The translations under genes and the position numbers were made by a program. Positions 1 to 11,612 of a stretch of DNA of 39,800 nt are shown in pieces (positions within the stretch are counted from its first letter, which is position 1; every line of letters begins with the position of its first letter). The DNA lies in the NCBI GenBank assembly GCA_004431415.1, contig QPMI01000471.1:1-39800 (forward strand), read 5' to 3'. The notes under the pieces were generated by a model. It made no database searches. It saw nothing but the letters and a program-made list of their open reading frames with translations, and was not told the origin of the DNA. The DNA comes from Cyanophora paradoxa CCMP329 (lineage: Eukaryota; Plantae; Glaucophyta).

Positions 1-1510
1 GCGGCAGCTCAGGTGTGAGAGGGCTAGGGTTTCCCCGCCCTGGTGGCGGGACTCGAGGGCACCGCACTCCCTGCAGCGTTCCCGCTGCCGGGGCTCCGGA
101 TCCGCGCGCTTCCTGCGAGCGTTGCCAGCCGTATCGTCAGGCGGCGCGTCGGCCTCGCGGTCGCGCGCCCCAGTGCGCTTCGCCTTGGCGCGACGTTCTT
201 TCATGACCTTCGTGATCCCGCACGCCTTCTCCCACTCCGCGTACGCCTGGCATCTGGCGGCCCACGTTTTATGGGCCTGCTCGCCTATGGCCGTCGCCAG
301 CTTGCGCACGACCTGGGCAGCTTTCTTGGCGTCCGGGACGGTCTCGCGGACCATGTCGGTGAGGCCCGCCGGGGGCAGCCCCCGTAGCACGCACATCTGC
401 GCCTGCCGTTCAGCCGCCGTGAGCGTCGGGTCGTTGACTCTCGTGACCTTCAGGGATCTGGAGAGCGCGTGTGGCACTGATCGCTTCTGCGCGCCTTCGA
501 GGGCCTCGCTGACCGTCGCTGCGATGCGTGCTTCCGCAGCGGTGCGCGCCTCCGTCGCCACCGCGCTGGGGCAGGTGAGGACGTGCTCCAGCGTCTCCTC
601 GGGCCCAGTCACAAGCCGGGGCCGGCCTTCGCCATCGATTTCCCGCGTGCTGCAGAGCGCACAGAGTCCTGCCGGGTTCACTTCGCTGTAGAGCTCGGGC
701 GCGTCTCGCTTGCGGACGAGGGCCGTCGCCACCGTACCCATCACGAGTTTCATGTGCGTACCCCGGAAGCAGTTGCTCTCCCGGCTCACCCCGACTCGGC
801 GGGGCCCCATAGCCATCTGATCGTACACGGCCCCATGGTCCACTGGCAGCCGTAGCCACTCCCCGGCCTTGAGCTGGTTCGTCCACGCGAAGTGCGTGTG
901 GTGCGCGTGAAGCACAGCGGCGTGCCGCCGGGGGTCGCCTTCGACTCGCCTGACTATCCCGGTCGGTCCCTCGATCGTCAGCACTGCCGGCATGCTGAAC
1001 TCGGGCGGCAGGAAGATGTTCTCGTCCAGTTCCTCCTGTTCCAGGTGCGCGCCTTGATCGGCCGCTCTGTCGGCGGCGTCGTTTAGCTCGTGCATATCCT
1101 CGTCGCTGTGCGCCTTGACCTTGATAACCGCAGCCGGCCGCTGCCGATCCCGTCCCATCACCAGGGCACGGAACTTGGACCACGCGTACAGCTCAGCGCT
1201 GCACGTGTTCCGGATGTAGTCTCGCATGTGCATATCGTGCGCATTCAGCACGAACTTATCGAACCATGTGCAGACGTTCTGACTGTCCGTGTGCAGGCGC
1301 ACCCCCTGCGCCGCGAGCACGTCGGCGACGATCGCAGCCTGGAGCTCAGCCTTGTTGTTCTCTTGAAGCCCGCGCAGCCGGCCGACGTACGTGCCTGCCC
1401 ATTCCGGGTGGTTCGCCACGGTCCCGTCCGGGAACTCGGCCGGACTCACGACGCCGAGGCCGCGTGCGCCCCTTCCGTCTGACCCTTCTTCAGGCTCCCG
1501 TCCGTCCATA
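1..1510 (-). pseudogene. LINE ORF2 C-terminal part: RNase H plus CCHC-type zinc knuckle (frameshifted, runs off the window)
   Basis: Manual translation gives WIWTDGS, NNKAELQA, LHTDSQ, KVKAHS and LNDAADRAAD (full D-E-D-H-D RNase H set), then CALCST...EETLEHVLTC. The ORF track misses it because there is no stop inside the window. Confidence 0.8.
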
Positions 1511-3314
1511 TCCACTGCTCGAGTTTGCCTGGGCGACGGCCGAGCTTCGCGAGTTCCGCCTCTTCGATCTGCTCCCAATTTGCCAGCATGTGCTGCCAGT
1601 AAACGGTGAGGGTGACCCCTTCCTGCGCCGCCCGGGAGTCCCAGTGGCGCGGCGCTCCGCCCGCGTAGTAGAGCTCGCTCTGCTCTGCTGAATCTGACAC
1701 AGGTTGTGCCTCGTCCCGCGGCTCGGCGCCCGGCGTCGCCGCCGCAGCTACTTCCAGCGCGGCCTGCAGCTCAGCCTCGGCCTCCTGGCTCAGCTGTTCA
1801 CGGAGGAAGCGCTCGTCACCATCCTGTACGGCTTTCACGCGGGCCTGGAGAAGCAGTGCCCTGCGTTTCTCGTCGTCTTGCGTGCGCAGGCCCGGGTCGT
1901 AGTACTCCAAGGTCGGTCGCAGGGCGACCTGCTTGCGCCCGCGCTTCGACATCGTCTCCTGCCCCGCCGCTACCGCCGGCGTCTCCTCCGTCGGTTCGCC
2001 TTCCAAGGCGAGGAGGGTATCCTCCTCCTCCCACCAGCCCTTCCCGTGCGCCCACGAGCCGTCGCACTGACTCATTTCGGGGCAGCGCGACGGAGCATTG
2101 CGCGTGCACCGGTCGTCATGGTGCCAGTACTGCTTTCCTGTCCCCTGCACTGCTGTGTACGTGCTCGTCTGCCCCTCTATTTCGGGGTGCCGGCAGTGAC
2201 CGTCACACCGGCAGTAGAGCCCCTCTTTCTCCGCGTCGGGGTCCGCGCCCTTCGGCACCGGCACCCAGTGCTCCAGCAGGTACTCCGACGCTAGTATGCT
2301 GCCCGTCGCGGACTTGAACGTAATGACTCGCCCCACGTGGGGCTCGGCAGATTCGTCGTGCAGCTGCTCCGCCTCAAACACGGCTACGAACGCGCCCTTC
2401 GTCCACTTCACCTTCCGGGCCCCGCTGGGGAGCGAGGCCATGGCTGACGCGCGCTCTCCCGCCCGCCGCATCGGGTGCCGCAGCTTCTTCCCGTCAACCG
2501 TGAGCGCGTTCGCCACCTCACGCCACCACGCAGGCTCGCTCTTCTGCAGCGTTCCCTTGGGCGCGCCCATGTACAGGTCCTGCCAGGTTCGCAAGGTCTC
2601 GCCGTCCGCTGCTGTCACCGCGTCCATGGTCGTCACGCCCGCCCCGTAAAGGGCAGGGGCCGCGACGCTGAAGACGGCTCTTGGGATGTGCATTGCCACG
2701 ACGTAGCGCCGGTCGAGGCGCTCCGGGTCAGGCCAAGGCTTCGCCCCGGGCAAGGTGCGGAACGCCGCGTAGCGCGCGTGATTCGACATCAGCCGGTACT
2801 TACGGCGCTGCATCTGCGGCATGATCGCCGCCAGGGCGTTTCTGCGGGCGAGGTCGCTGGAGACGGGTGCGTTTAGGAACTCGGTCGGGAGCAGAGGCAC
2901 CCCAAGCTTCTCCTGCAGCGCGCGCACCCGGTGCCGTACAACCCGGGCCAGCAGCGAGCCCTCTGGCGCGCAGAGCCGGATCTGAGCCTCTGTGATTTGC
3001 GCCTCCGCTTGCAGGTGGGCTGTTCGTTTGAGGCTGTACCCCCCGTGGCTCCAGATCGCGTAATTCGTCGTCGAGGCGGCGAGGTTCCCGTGGTGCTTGA
3101 CGACCCGCATCCAAATACGATCGAGTTCCTGGCACTGACTCTCGCTCAGGGTCATGAGCTTCAGGCCGTACGAGATGCGGGCCTGTACTACGGCCTCGAC
3201 AAGGTAGCAGGCCTCGTTCGCGGTGAGCTTCTTGCGTTCTATCAGCGCGACTGCGCCCCGCGCCTGATCGCAGATGTACTGCCACTGACGATCCCAGTTC
3301 AGGTTTGCGCTCAT
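1446..3314 (-). pseudogene. LINE ORF2 segment between RT and RNase H (post-RT thumb/connection region)
   Basis: A 622-aa ORF that starts just after the FKLLG motif and ends in WIWTDGS, the start of RNase H. Confidence 0.7.
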
Positions 3315-4572
3315 GTATACCCGAGGAGCTTGAAGTGCTCGTGGGGCTGGCGGACAAGTCCGACGGGGGTACCGTTGATCTTCGGCGGGGAGGGCTGCTT
3401 CTCCTTCTTCTTCGCGGCGGGGTGGGCCCCAGGTTTGCTCTCAACTCGCGACGTGCGTTGTTCCACGTGAAGATCGTCTTCTTTGCGTTGACCTCGATAT
3501 CGTGCAGGCGGAAGAACTCGCCGGCCACGTCGGCCTGGGTCTGCAGCCCCCGCATGCTGCCGCTCATCCACTTCGTGTCGTCGGCGTACGCCACGCCGCT
3601 GACGCGGGCCCGGCCCTCGCGTTCCGCAGCATCGGTCTCCCTCGGGTTCCCCATCACGTACGCCGTGCCCGGCTCCTCCCAGCTCTCGGGGTGGGCATAG
3701 TGCTCTATCGTCTTTGCCGTCTTCTTTCCGTGCTGGCGCTCGTGCTGATCCAGGCGCTCTTGCGCGCAGAGGAGGGCATCGTAGAAGATCAGCCAGTGCA
3801 GCGGCGACTCGACGCCGCCCTGCGGCAGCCCGCACTCGAGCTCGAACTCGTCGGAGAGGCCGTGACCGGAGATTGCCCGCGCCCTGCGGCGCCGGAATAT
3901 GTTCCTGTGGAGTTCGATGTACCCCTCGGGTACGTTTAGCCTCCGCATCGAGAGCTCCATGCTCTCCCACGAGACGGAGTCGTACGCTCGCCTGATATCC
4001 TGCAGCAGGATGTACAGGGGCTTCTTGAACTCCTTCGCGTCCTCGAGGACTGCGTTAAAGACGTGGAGGGCGTCGTCCGTCGAGCAACCAGGTCTGAAGC
4101 CGTAGTTGGCCCCTTTCAGGAGCCCGTTCTGATGGATTGTCCGGGACAGGCGCGCGTTCAGGAGGCCAGTGGTCAGCTTCAGGGCCACCTCCTGCAGGGT
4201 GATCGGTCGCAGGTTATTTTCGATATCCCCGTCCCACTCCCGGCTCTTAGTAATGCCGAGGATGTTGCCCTGACACACGGCGTCCGGCAGGTCCCGGAGG
4301 CGGATCGCTTCAGCCACCAGCGAGAGCAGCAGCTTCCGGCCCCAGTGTACGGGCTCCGCTTCCGTGGCCTCCTCGGCGCTCTCGTCGGCTGGGCTCGGGC
4401 CCTCCGGCGCTGGGCCACCGGCCTCGTCGCCCTTCCCGTCTTTGGGCTTCGGCTTGGGCACCGGCGCCCATAGGAACTTCACCATAGCATATGAGAAGTT
4501 CGACGGCCCGGCTGCCGTGTTTCTTAGCGTTTTAATGTAGTCGCCGAGCTCGCCTTCGTTCGGCACCGACAT
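3315..4572 (-). pseudogene. Reverse transcriptase domain of a non-LTR retrotransposon
   Basis: Motifs LRPITLQE, NYGFRPGCST, LQDIRRAYDSV, GLPQGGVESP, AYADDT and VNAKKT. FKLLG lies in the adjacent frame (3311..3970). Confidence 0.93.
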
Positions 4573-4574
4573 GT

Positions 4575-6070
4575 CGTTTCGGAATAGTGCAGGTCCGCGT
4601 ATGCTTTTGGCTCGTATTCCAGCCTCCAGAAGTCGAGCAGTTCTTTCCCCATGCTATCCTTCAGCGCACTTTCCGGTATTGTCTCTGGGGTGCAGCCCAC
4701 GCGTGGGCGTCGGCGTCGGCACCATTTCCGCCAGTGCTCTTTTAGGAGTCGTTTCACTTCCTCAGGCTCCGTGTAGATTTCATACGTTTTTCCGTCCTTG
4801 GATACACGCGTGATGTGCATGATCGGGCGGTTCCGCGGCTTTTCTAGCACCGCGGCTATATAGGATCCGAGCTGGCGGCCGTCCATGAACTTGTCTAGCC
4901 TCTCTTTTAATGCCCTCTCAACGTCCTCCGCCTGGAGCGCCCGGCGGATTTTCTGCAGGTCGTGCCGCGTCCGGTTTCGCCATACTTTCAGCTCCCGGAA
5001 GAAGGTCGCCCAGTCTTCTTTGAGCTGCCGCCGGTGCATCTCGGCCCAGTCCTCTTGCTGATCAGCCGCGGGGGGTACGGCTGGAACCGGCGCGGGGCTA
5101 CCGCTGCGCGAGCCTTGTGAGCTGTGCGAGCTCGAGTGCGCATACGGGGATCCGGGCGGCGGTGAGCCTTGTTCAGCCCTCGCTTGGCGCCGTTCAGCCG
5201 GACGGAGCGGGAAGGGTCGGAGACCTTCCCTGGCGGTCACGTAGTGCAGCAGCTTCTCGATCGCCTGGACCGTCAGCTCCGACGGGATCCCGCCTGGTTC
5301 CTTCCTCCAGGCAGCGAGAATGCGGGCAACTCTGGCGTCGGCCTTCGCCTGCCACGGCAGGTTGCGCGGCTTGGTCGGCTTCCCCCCTCGGCCCCTCATG
5401 CATAGATGTTCCTTTGCCACCTCCTGAACAAGGCTCGCGCTCGCAGCGTGGATGCGGCTCAGTCGCTCGAGACGCTCTTCCGGCGTGCCCTCGCCGACGG
5501 CGTCGAGGTCCGCCCCGACGGCTTCGCCGAGCTGCCTGTTTAGCTCTCTTTTCAGCTCATCTTTTTCGTTTTGTGTGCGCTTCAGGCCGTCCGGGTCAAA
5601 CACTGGTGGCCCGGGTTTCGGTTCTGGCTTCGGTCCCACCGGCGCTGTCATGCCCGCCTCCTTCAGGTCGAAGTCCGCGAACGCTGGATAGTGGTCTGAG
5701 TCGTGCGGCGCATCGACCCACGCGGGGCACGTGTGCGCGCTGAGGAGCGCGTGATCCAGTGATTCCGAGACCAGCACTGCATCGATGCGCGCCGCGTGCC
5801 AGAGCGCGTCTTTTGGTAGGTCAGCCGGCGTTTCCTCCTCGGCTTCGCGTTCCGCGCCCTCTGACTCGTCTACTCCGTCTGACGGTACAGGTGCCACCGC
5901 CGCCCCGACCGACGCTCCTTGGCCCTTGCTTCCGTGCGGGGTGCGGTGCGTGATCTCGCGTGCTCCGCAGAGAGTTCCGTCATCATGTTTCGCCGCGTGT
6001 GACATCCCGGCGTCGCGCAGGTGCTCACCGGCCGGGCCTGTGAAGATGCGCGCGGGAAGGGTGCTGACGC
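4575..6070 (-). pseudogene. C-terminal part of an apurinic-like endonuclease plus linker of LINE ORF2
   Basis: ARIDAVLVS and DSDHYPAFADF lie within ORF 4524..7268. The N-terminal APE motifs (QE, GDFN) are not seen in the ORF-track frames upstream. Confidence 0.7.
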
Positions 6071-7200
6071 GAGCGCTCCCGTCGGTCGAGGGGGGCGCAG
6101 CGCCGGCACCCCCGAACGCGAAGCCGGCCCCTGCGAGCGCCGCCGGCAGGGCGCGCGCCAGCGCCTGCGACACCGCCTGAGAGATATCGACATCGGTCTG
6201 CGATGTGGGCGGCGGGTCGGCGGCGGCGCCGTGCACGAAGGGGCGGGACGGTGCGCTCCGCGGGACGAATACAGCACCAGGGACGGCGGCGGTCGCCGTG
6301 GGGACGTGGTGGGACAGGGCCGCGCCGGCGGGGGTGCCGGGGGCCGGCAGCGGGGCAGGGGCCTCGAGCGGCAGGTGCGTGACCTGGGCTGGGGCGGGCC
6401 GCTGCGCGTGCTCGAGCAGGCTCTGGTGCTGCGCCAGCACCATGCGCTGCTGGTCGACGGCGCTCACGAGGGCGCTGAGGTCGCGCGTCAGGGGAGCAAC
6501 CGCTGCCGCGACCGCTGAGGCGGTCGCCTGCTGCACGCTCGCCGCGAGCTGCTGGGTCAGCATCGGGCCGAGCTGTGACAGATCCACCACGGGGGCCGGC
6601 GATCCGGGGCCGGGCAGGACTGCGAGGGGTCCCGCCGGCGGCGCGCGCGAAGCTCGGGCCTCCGGCATGCGAGGTGCGAGCACGGGGGCGGGCTGAGGCG
6701 GCGCGGATCCGGATGCCGGGGTCGACGGCGCGGCCGCGGAACCCCCGCCCGCGGGTGCGGGGGGGGCGGCAGCCGCGTGCGAAGTCTGCTGCAGCAGCCT
6801 CGCTGTCGACGCAGGAGGAGCGGCGGGGCCGCCGGGATGCTGCTGCTCGGCCTGCGCGGAGTGCGAGGCGAGCCCTGGCGCAGGGGCGATCCCGACGGGC
6901 GGCTGCAGATCTGAGGTCGTCTGCAGCTGCGAGCCCGCATCTCCTACCGCTGTAGCTACCGGTGTAGCTGCTGGCGCCTCCGGTTGGCGCGGGTCGGGAG
7001 TGCACTCTGGAACCGCGATGGTCCCGCCCCGAGGCTGCGCGAGTGGCCGTGCGGCCACGGGTCTCGACAACCATGTTGCGTACGGCCGGAACGCTCTGCA
7101 GAGCTCGAGGCGCGACGGCGCACTCGGGTACAACAACTGAAGAGGGGCGGGCAGTCGTGCCTCGGGTACAGCTGCTCTACGTCTACTCGCGGGTTGACCT
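6071..7200 (-). other. Pro/Ala-rich low-complexity reading frame with a short coiled coil (possible gag/ORF1-like remnant), in frame with the LINE ORF2 fragment
   Basis: N-terminal part of ORF 4524..7268, containing the heptad-like LTRDLSALVSAVDQQRMVLAQHQSLLE. No diagnostic domain is visible. Confidence 0.3.
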
Positions 7201-7280
7201 AGTAAACTACTTACTATCAATTGGGCCGCTTGGCGCCGGCAGCCTTGGCTCGTAGCCTCGACGTCCACGACTCGGCAGCG

Positions 7281-8815
7281 ATGCGCTCGGTCGCTTCATT
7301 CGACGCGCTCGACGACGCGGTGCTCGGCGGCGTCCTCGCGCGGCTCGGCCCGCCGGCGCGTGGCGCGCGCGGTCGGTCTGCCGGCGCTTCCGGACATCGT
7401 CGTCGACGGCATTGAGTGGGGATCGCTGCGGTTCGAGGCCGCCCGCGTCGAGGCGCTCACGGATTCGCGGGCGATCCAGCGGGGCACTCTCCGCGTCGCC
7501 GCGGCGCGTCCCTCGAGCTCGAGCTCGCCCGCCGCCTAAGGAAGACGCCGATGCCGCGGACGCTGCGCGCCCTCGGCCGCCTCGCCGTGGCCGCCGCCCT
7601 TGCGTGCTGGGAGGCCGCGGCGGGCTGCGCTCGCTCCGCGTCGCCTGGCGCGTGCCGACTTCCCCGGCCTCGCCGGCGCCATGCAGGAGCACGCCGCCGC
7701 GCTGCTGGAGGCGCTCCTCCTTCCGGCGCCCTCGAGAGCCTCGCCCTCACAGTCGACGGCTGCGGCGCCGGCGACCCGCGCGGCCGGCGGCGCGGCGGGG
7801 CCCGGGCGGCGTTCCACGTCGACGCGGCGGCCGTCGCGCGCTGCGCCGCTTCCCGCCCTCGGGCGCCCTCGCCCTCCCGGGGGCCTCCAGCTGCGCGCCG
7901 CGAGACGCCGCCTCTCCGCCCCTGCCCCGCCTCCGCCGCCTCCAGGTGCCCGCGTACCCCGCCGCCAGGCCACCCGCGCCGCCCCCCGACCTATTCTCCC
8001 CCCCCCTTCCAGGTGGGCCTCGCGAACCAGTACGCGCTGGAGGGCCTGTACCCCCTCCCCCTCGAGTCCCTCTCGGCGGGGCCCCTCCTGGCCCCCGACG
8101 AGCCCTTCGTTCGCCTCGCCGCGAGCCCCGCCGGCCGCTCCCTCCGCACCCTCCGCCTCTGGTACCCTCCTCCGCTCCCCTCGAGCTGTACCCCCTCCGA
8201 ATTCGATCGCAGGCGGAGCGACGGGGGCGCCGTGCTGCTGCCCCGCCGGGCCCTGTCCCACCTCTCCCGCCTCCCCTCTCTGACGGCTTTCGACTTCTGC
8301 GCCTCCCTCGAGGTCCGCGCCCCGTACCCCCCCCCCCCGGCTCCCCCCCCCACACCCGGCCCGACTCTCGCGCGTGCGAAGGCGGGGACGGGGGGAGGAG
8401 CCGCTGGATCTGCCCCCGCGCCTGCGCCGCGCGTGCTTCCGCCTGCAGCTCGCCGACTCGCCCGGCGCCGCCGCCGCCGCCCGCGCCCTCGCCGGCGCCC
8501 TCCGCCGCTGTACCCCTCTGACCGACCTCGAGCTCCGCTTCGGTGGCCCCGTGCGCCCGTACCCTTGAACCTCACCCCCCCTCTCCCCCGCAGAGTTCCT
8601 GGAGCCGCGGGGGGTCCGGGGGTACCCTGTTGGAGCTCCTGGAGGCCGCGGGGCCGCGGCTGAGGCGGGCGCGCCTCGCGCCGCGGGGACGGCGCGCGGC
8701 GGGGGGCGCGGCGCGGCTGCGGCGGGGGGGCGCCGTGGCGCTGCGCTGGCGGCTGCCCTCGAGGCGGACGGCTCTGGCGCGCAGCGGGACGCCCGGTTGT
8801 AGATCCGGAACTAGT
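7281..8815 (+). CDS. Host F-box/LRR-like gene, intron-containing, frameshifted in this assembly
   Basis: ATG at 7281 gives MRSVASFDALDDAVLGGVLARLG (F-box-like). LRR-like segments follow: LESLALTVDGC, LESLSAG, LRTLRLWYP, LSRLPSLTAFDF, LTDLELR. C-rich GT...AG intron candidates exist, e.g. about 7946-8012. Exon boundaries are not resolved. Confidence 0.45.
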
Positions 8816-9759
8816 TAGCGCATTGTCTAGATATCGATCTTCAATCCGAAAATTCAGAGCGATAGAACGAAGAGGGGGCAGGGCGCGGCGGGGCAGGGCG
8901 GGGGTACACGCCGCTCAGAGCAGGTGTGCGTGGGCGCGGCAGCGCGGAGATCGCCGTCGGCGTCGGCGTATCCCCGAAGCCCTCCGCCCGTCGGCCCCGT
9001 ACCCTCGCGAAGGCGCGGCCCGTCGGCATCCTCCCAGAGCGCCCCGTCGGCGTCGGGGTACGCCGCCTCCTCCCCCGCTGCGCCCTCGCGAGTACGCTGC
9101 ACTGTACCCCCGGATCCTTCGTCGCGGGAGCGGTTCTCTTACGAGGGGGTACGAGCGCACGGCCTGGTCGAGCAGCAGGGCGGGGTTAACGTTGGGCCAG
9201 TTCGCAACCCACTGGCGCTCCGTGGTTGCCTCGTTGCCCCAGCCGCGGCGGACTGCGCGCGGGAGGACAGCGTTCAAGGGGGGGGGGGGGGGGGGGGGAC
9301 ACGGGAGAGGGGAGGGAAGGAAAGGGGGGTACTGATGCTCTGGTTCAGGTCGGACACGCGCTTCATGAGGTACTGCGGCGTACCGTCCGGTTGGCCCAGC
9401 GCGAGCGGGGCCCGGATGGGCTGGCCACGGGGTACCTTGTAAAAGTCGGATCCCTGGTTGCCCTTCTCGTATCCTGCGCATCACCTGTACATGTCCGGAA
9501 AGTAATGAATATCATACTAGGATCTATCTCAAAGGCAGAGTATGCGCCGGAGATACTAGGAATTAAATGTAAGAAATAAGGCATCGTCACCTGGCCGATC
9601 AATCCCGGCCGCGTTCTCCTCGCCAGCATGCCCTGCTTCTCGGGGCTCCGGCGAAGGCCTGCGCACGAAGCCAAGCCGCGGCCGGAGCCGTCCGTCAGAC
9701 GATCGCGAGCTCAGAGAGGATACGAAAGATCTAGATAAGCTCGAGATAGCTATATCTAC

Positions 9760-10034
9760 TGTTATGGACGCGTTGCGACCCGGACCCAGCCGGAGACACT
9801 AGCCTCTCGCGAGATGGCCTATTGGTAGAACTGCCGCCTTGACACCCCTTAGTCGTTGGTTCGACTCCGGCTGGGTCGGGTCGCACGCGTCCATAACATG
9901 TTGCGTGCAGTGTGAGGACCCGGGATGATTCGGGAATCACTGCCTCTCGCGAGATGGCCTATTGGTAGACTGCGCTTGACACCCTTAGTCGTTGGTTCGA
10001 CTCCGCTGGGTCCGGGTCGCAACGCGTCATAACA
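9760..10034. mobile_element. 275-bp non-autonomous element with about 36-bp TIRs (TGTTATGG...CATAACA), 4-bp TSD CTAC and a duplicated tRNA-like core
   Basis: 9760-9795 is the reverse complement of about 10000-10034 and of about 9865-9898. CTAC flanks both sides (9756-9759 and 10035-10038). 9802-9898 is repeated at 9942-10034 and contains GGTTCGACTCC. Confidence 0.7.
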
Positions 10035-10854
10035 CTACATATTCGAAGTCAAAGCCGCACCAGTCGAAGAGAAGACCACTGAAAGGCGGGGCCGGGCGCG
10101 CGAGATGAGATCGGAATCAGTGATCACTGCGCGCCGCGCGCTCTCCGGAGCGGTAGAGGGACACCGCCGCTTCGGCGGGCACGCCTAGGCTAGTGCTCTC
10201 CACTGCCCTTCACCTTCGATCACTGCTTTTGGGTGCGATCGCCGCTGCCGCGGGCAGGCGCGCACCGTTGGGTCGGGGAGAAGGGTCCCGTGCTCGGGTG
10301 GTTCGGGTGAACTACACGCCGTAGCTGAAGAGGAAGGGACGGTCCGAGGTCATCAGAAAGCGACGGATGGTCGGCCAGGCCGGGCCGGGCGGGCGGGGGC
10401 GCACTTGGCGGGGTAGTTCGAGGCGGGTCCCACAAGCGAGCGGACCGGGGGTACCCCAGTCGTAGGCTTGGCGTCGTCCTGCCGCGAAAGAAGAGCTGAT
10501 ATGAGCGGGTTCTCCAGCTTCGGGCGGGGCTTAAGCAACGGCTTTAAAGAAGAGGCTTATATAATTAGATATAACTCGAGGTCAGGACAAAGAATTAGTA
10601 TTAGATCTTAGAATTCGGGCGGGGCTTAAGCAACGGCTTCAAAGAAGAGCGTAGAGATGAGAGGGGCTCGAGGTCGAGGGCTCTAAGAAGACGTCAGGGA
10701 AGGGGAGGGGGGGTTGAGGGGTGGGGTGCGAGGCGGGGAAGGGGTGGGTGGGGAGGGGGGGGTGCGAGGCGGGGGGAGAGGGAGGGGGAGAAGGGGATGG
10801 GGTAGGAAGGAAGGGGAGGAGGAAGGGCGGGAGGCGGGGGCGGCGGGGGGGGGG

Positions 10855-10922
10855 ACACATATAAAACAAATATTATTATCCTCGCGTTCCGCTCAGGATA
10901 ATATATTTGTTTTTATATGTGT
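10855..10922. repeat. Terminal hairpin (28-bp arms, 12-nt loop)
   Basis: ACACATATAAAACAAATATTATTATCCT - CGCGTTCCGCTC - AGGATAATATATTTGTTTTTATATGTGT. The arms are complementary except for two single-base indels. Confidence 0.85.
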
Positions 10923-11612
10923 GTTACTATAAGTTATATAAAGATATTAGCATTTTTATCATAGTGTATATCGATATGTGATATGTATTCTATCGGTAGT
11001 TCGTAAATGAATCAATAAAAATAATATAAGTATCGTGGATCTTTGTAAAATATGTATATATAATATGTAATCGCGATATAGCCGATATGTGTTTACGATG
11101 CGCGATGTGTATTAAAACAACTACAATGTGCTGCTTGGGACGCGCCTCATATAGTCATGTGTATCACCTACGTAGCTTCGATAGGGTGGGGCGGGTGGGT
11201 GAGGTGGGGCATTTTTTTGAATTCCCTAAAATGTTTCACTCCCAAAATTCTTGGTCAAAAAAGACCCACCCAACCCCACTTACCCACCCTGTATTATCTC
11301 TTTATCTATGATTGATTTCAATGTAATTTAAATATAAATATGTATGATTGAGTATGTTAAATTAATACTGGGTGGGGTTGAGGGTGGGGTGTGAGTGGTA
11401 TCGGTATGGTAGTCCAATCTAAGATGGCACACATAAATCATGATGTGTTATTTTACTTCCGTTTGATACTTATCGGACTTCGATAACTTCGATAGGGTGG
11501 GCGGGTGGGGTGAGGTGGGCATTTTTTTGAATTCCCTAAATAATTCCCCTCAAAATTCTTGGTCAAAAAAGACCCACCCAACCCACTTACCCCACCTGTA
11601 TCTTTTATTATA

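Larger units (their letters stand above)
1..6070 (-). mobile_element. Non-LTR (LINE-type) retrotransposon, 5'-truncated, ORF2 architecture APE(C-term)-RT-RNase H-CCHC; 3' end lies beyond the window start
   Basis: The minus-strand frames join into one polyprotein: APE C-terminal motifs ARIDAVLVS and SDHYP, RT motifs, RNase H motifs and a Zn knuckle. Frameshifts occur at about 4590, 3420, 3320, 1450 and 1300, mostly in G/C runs. The 5' boundary is approximate. Confidence 0.85.

Noticed and set aside
15-7255. Many plus-strand and alternate-frame ORFs over the LINE
   Set aside because: They are shadow ORFs of GC-rich coding DNA with no motifs; the minus-strand retroelement explains the region.
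8823-9674. ORFs 8915..9484(-), 9363..9674(-) and overlapping frames as a host gene
   Set aside because: No recognisable domain, a long G homopolymer and conflicting frames; a call cannot be supported.
9802-9898. Functional tRNA gene
   Set aside because: The T-arm and B-box are present, but the anticodon and acceptor stems do not pair; treated as tRNA-derived sequence within a mobile element.
10653-10854. G-rich purine tract and its Pro-rich ORFs
   Set aside because: Low-complexity host sequence (possibly an intron on the minus strand); the ORFs are compositional artefacts.
10849-10854. Target-site duplication of the virus
   Set aside because: The right flank lies outside the window, so it cannot be evaluated.
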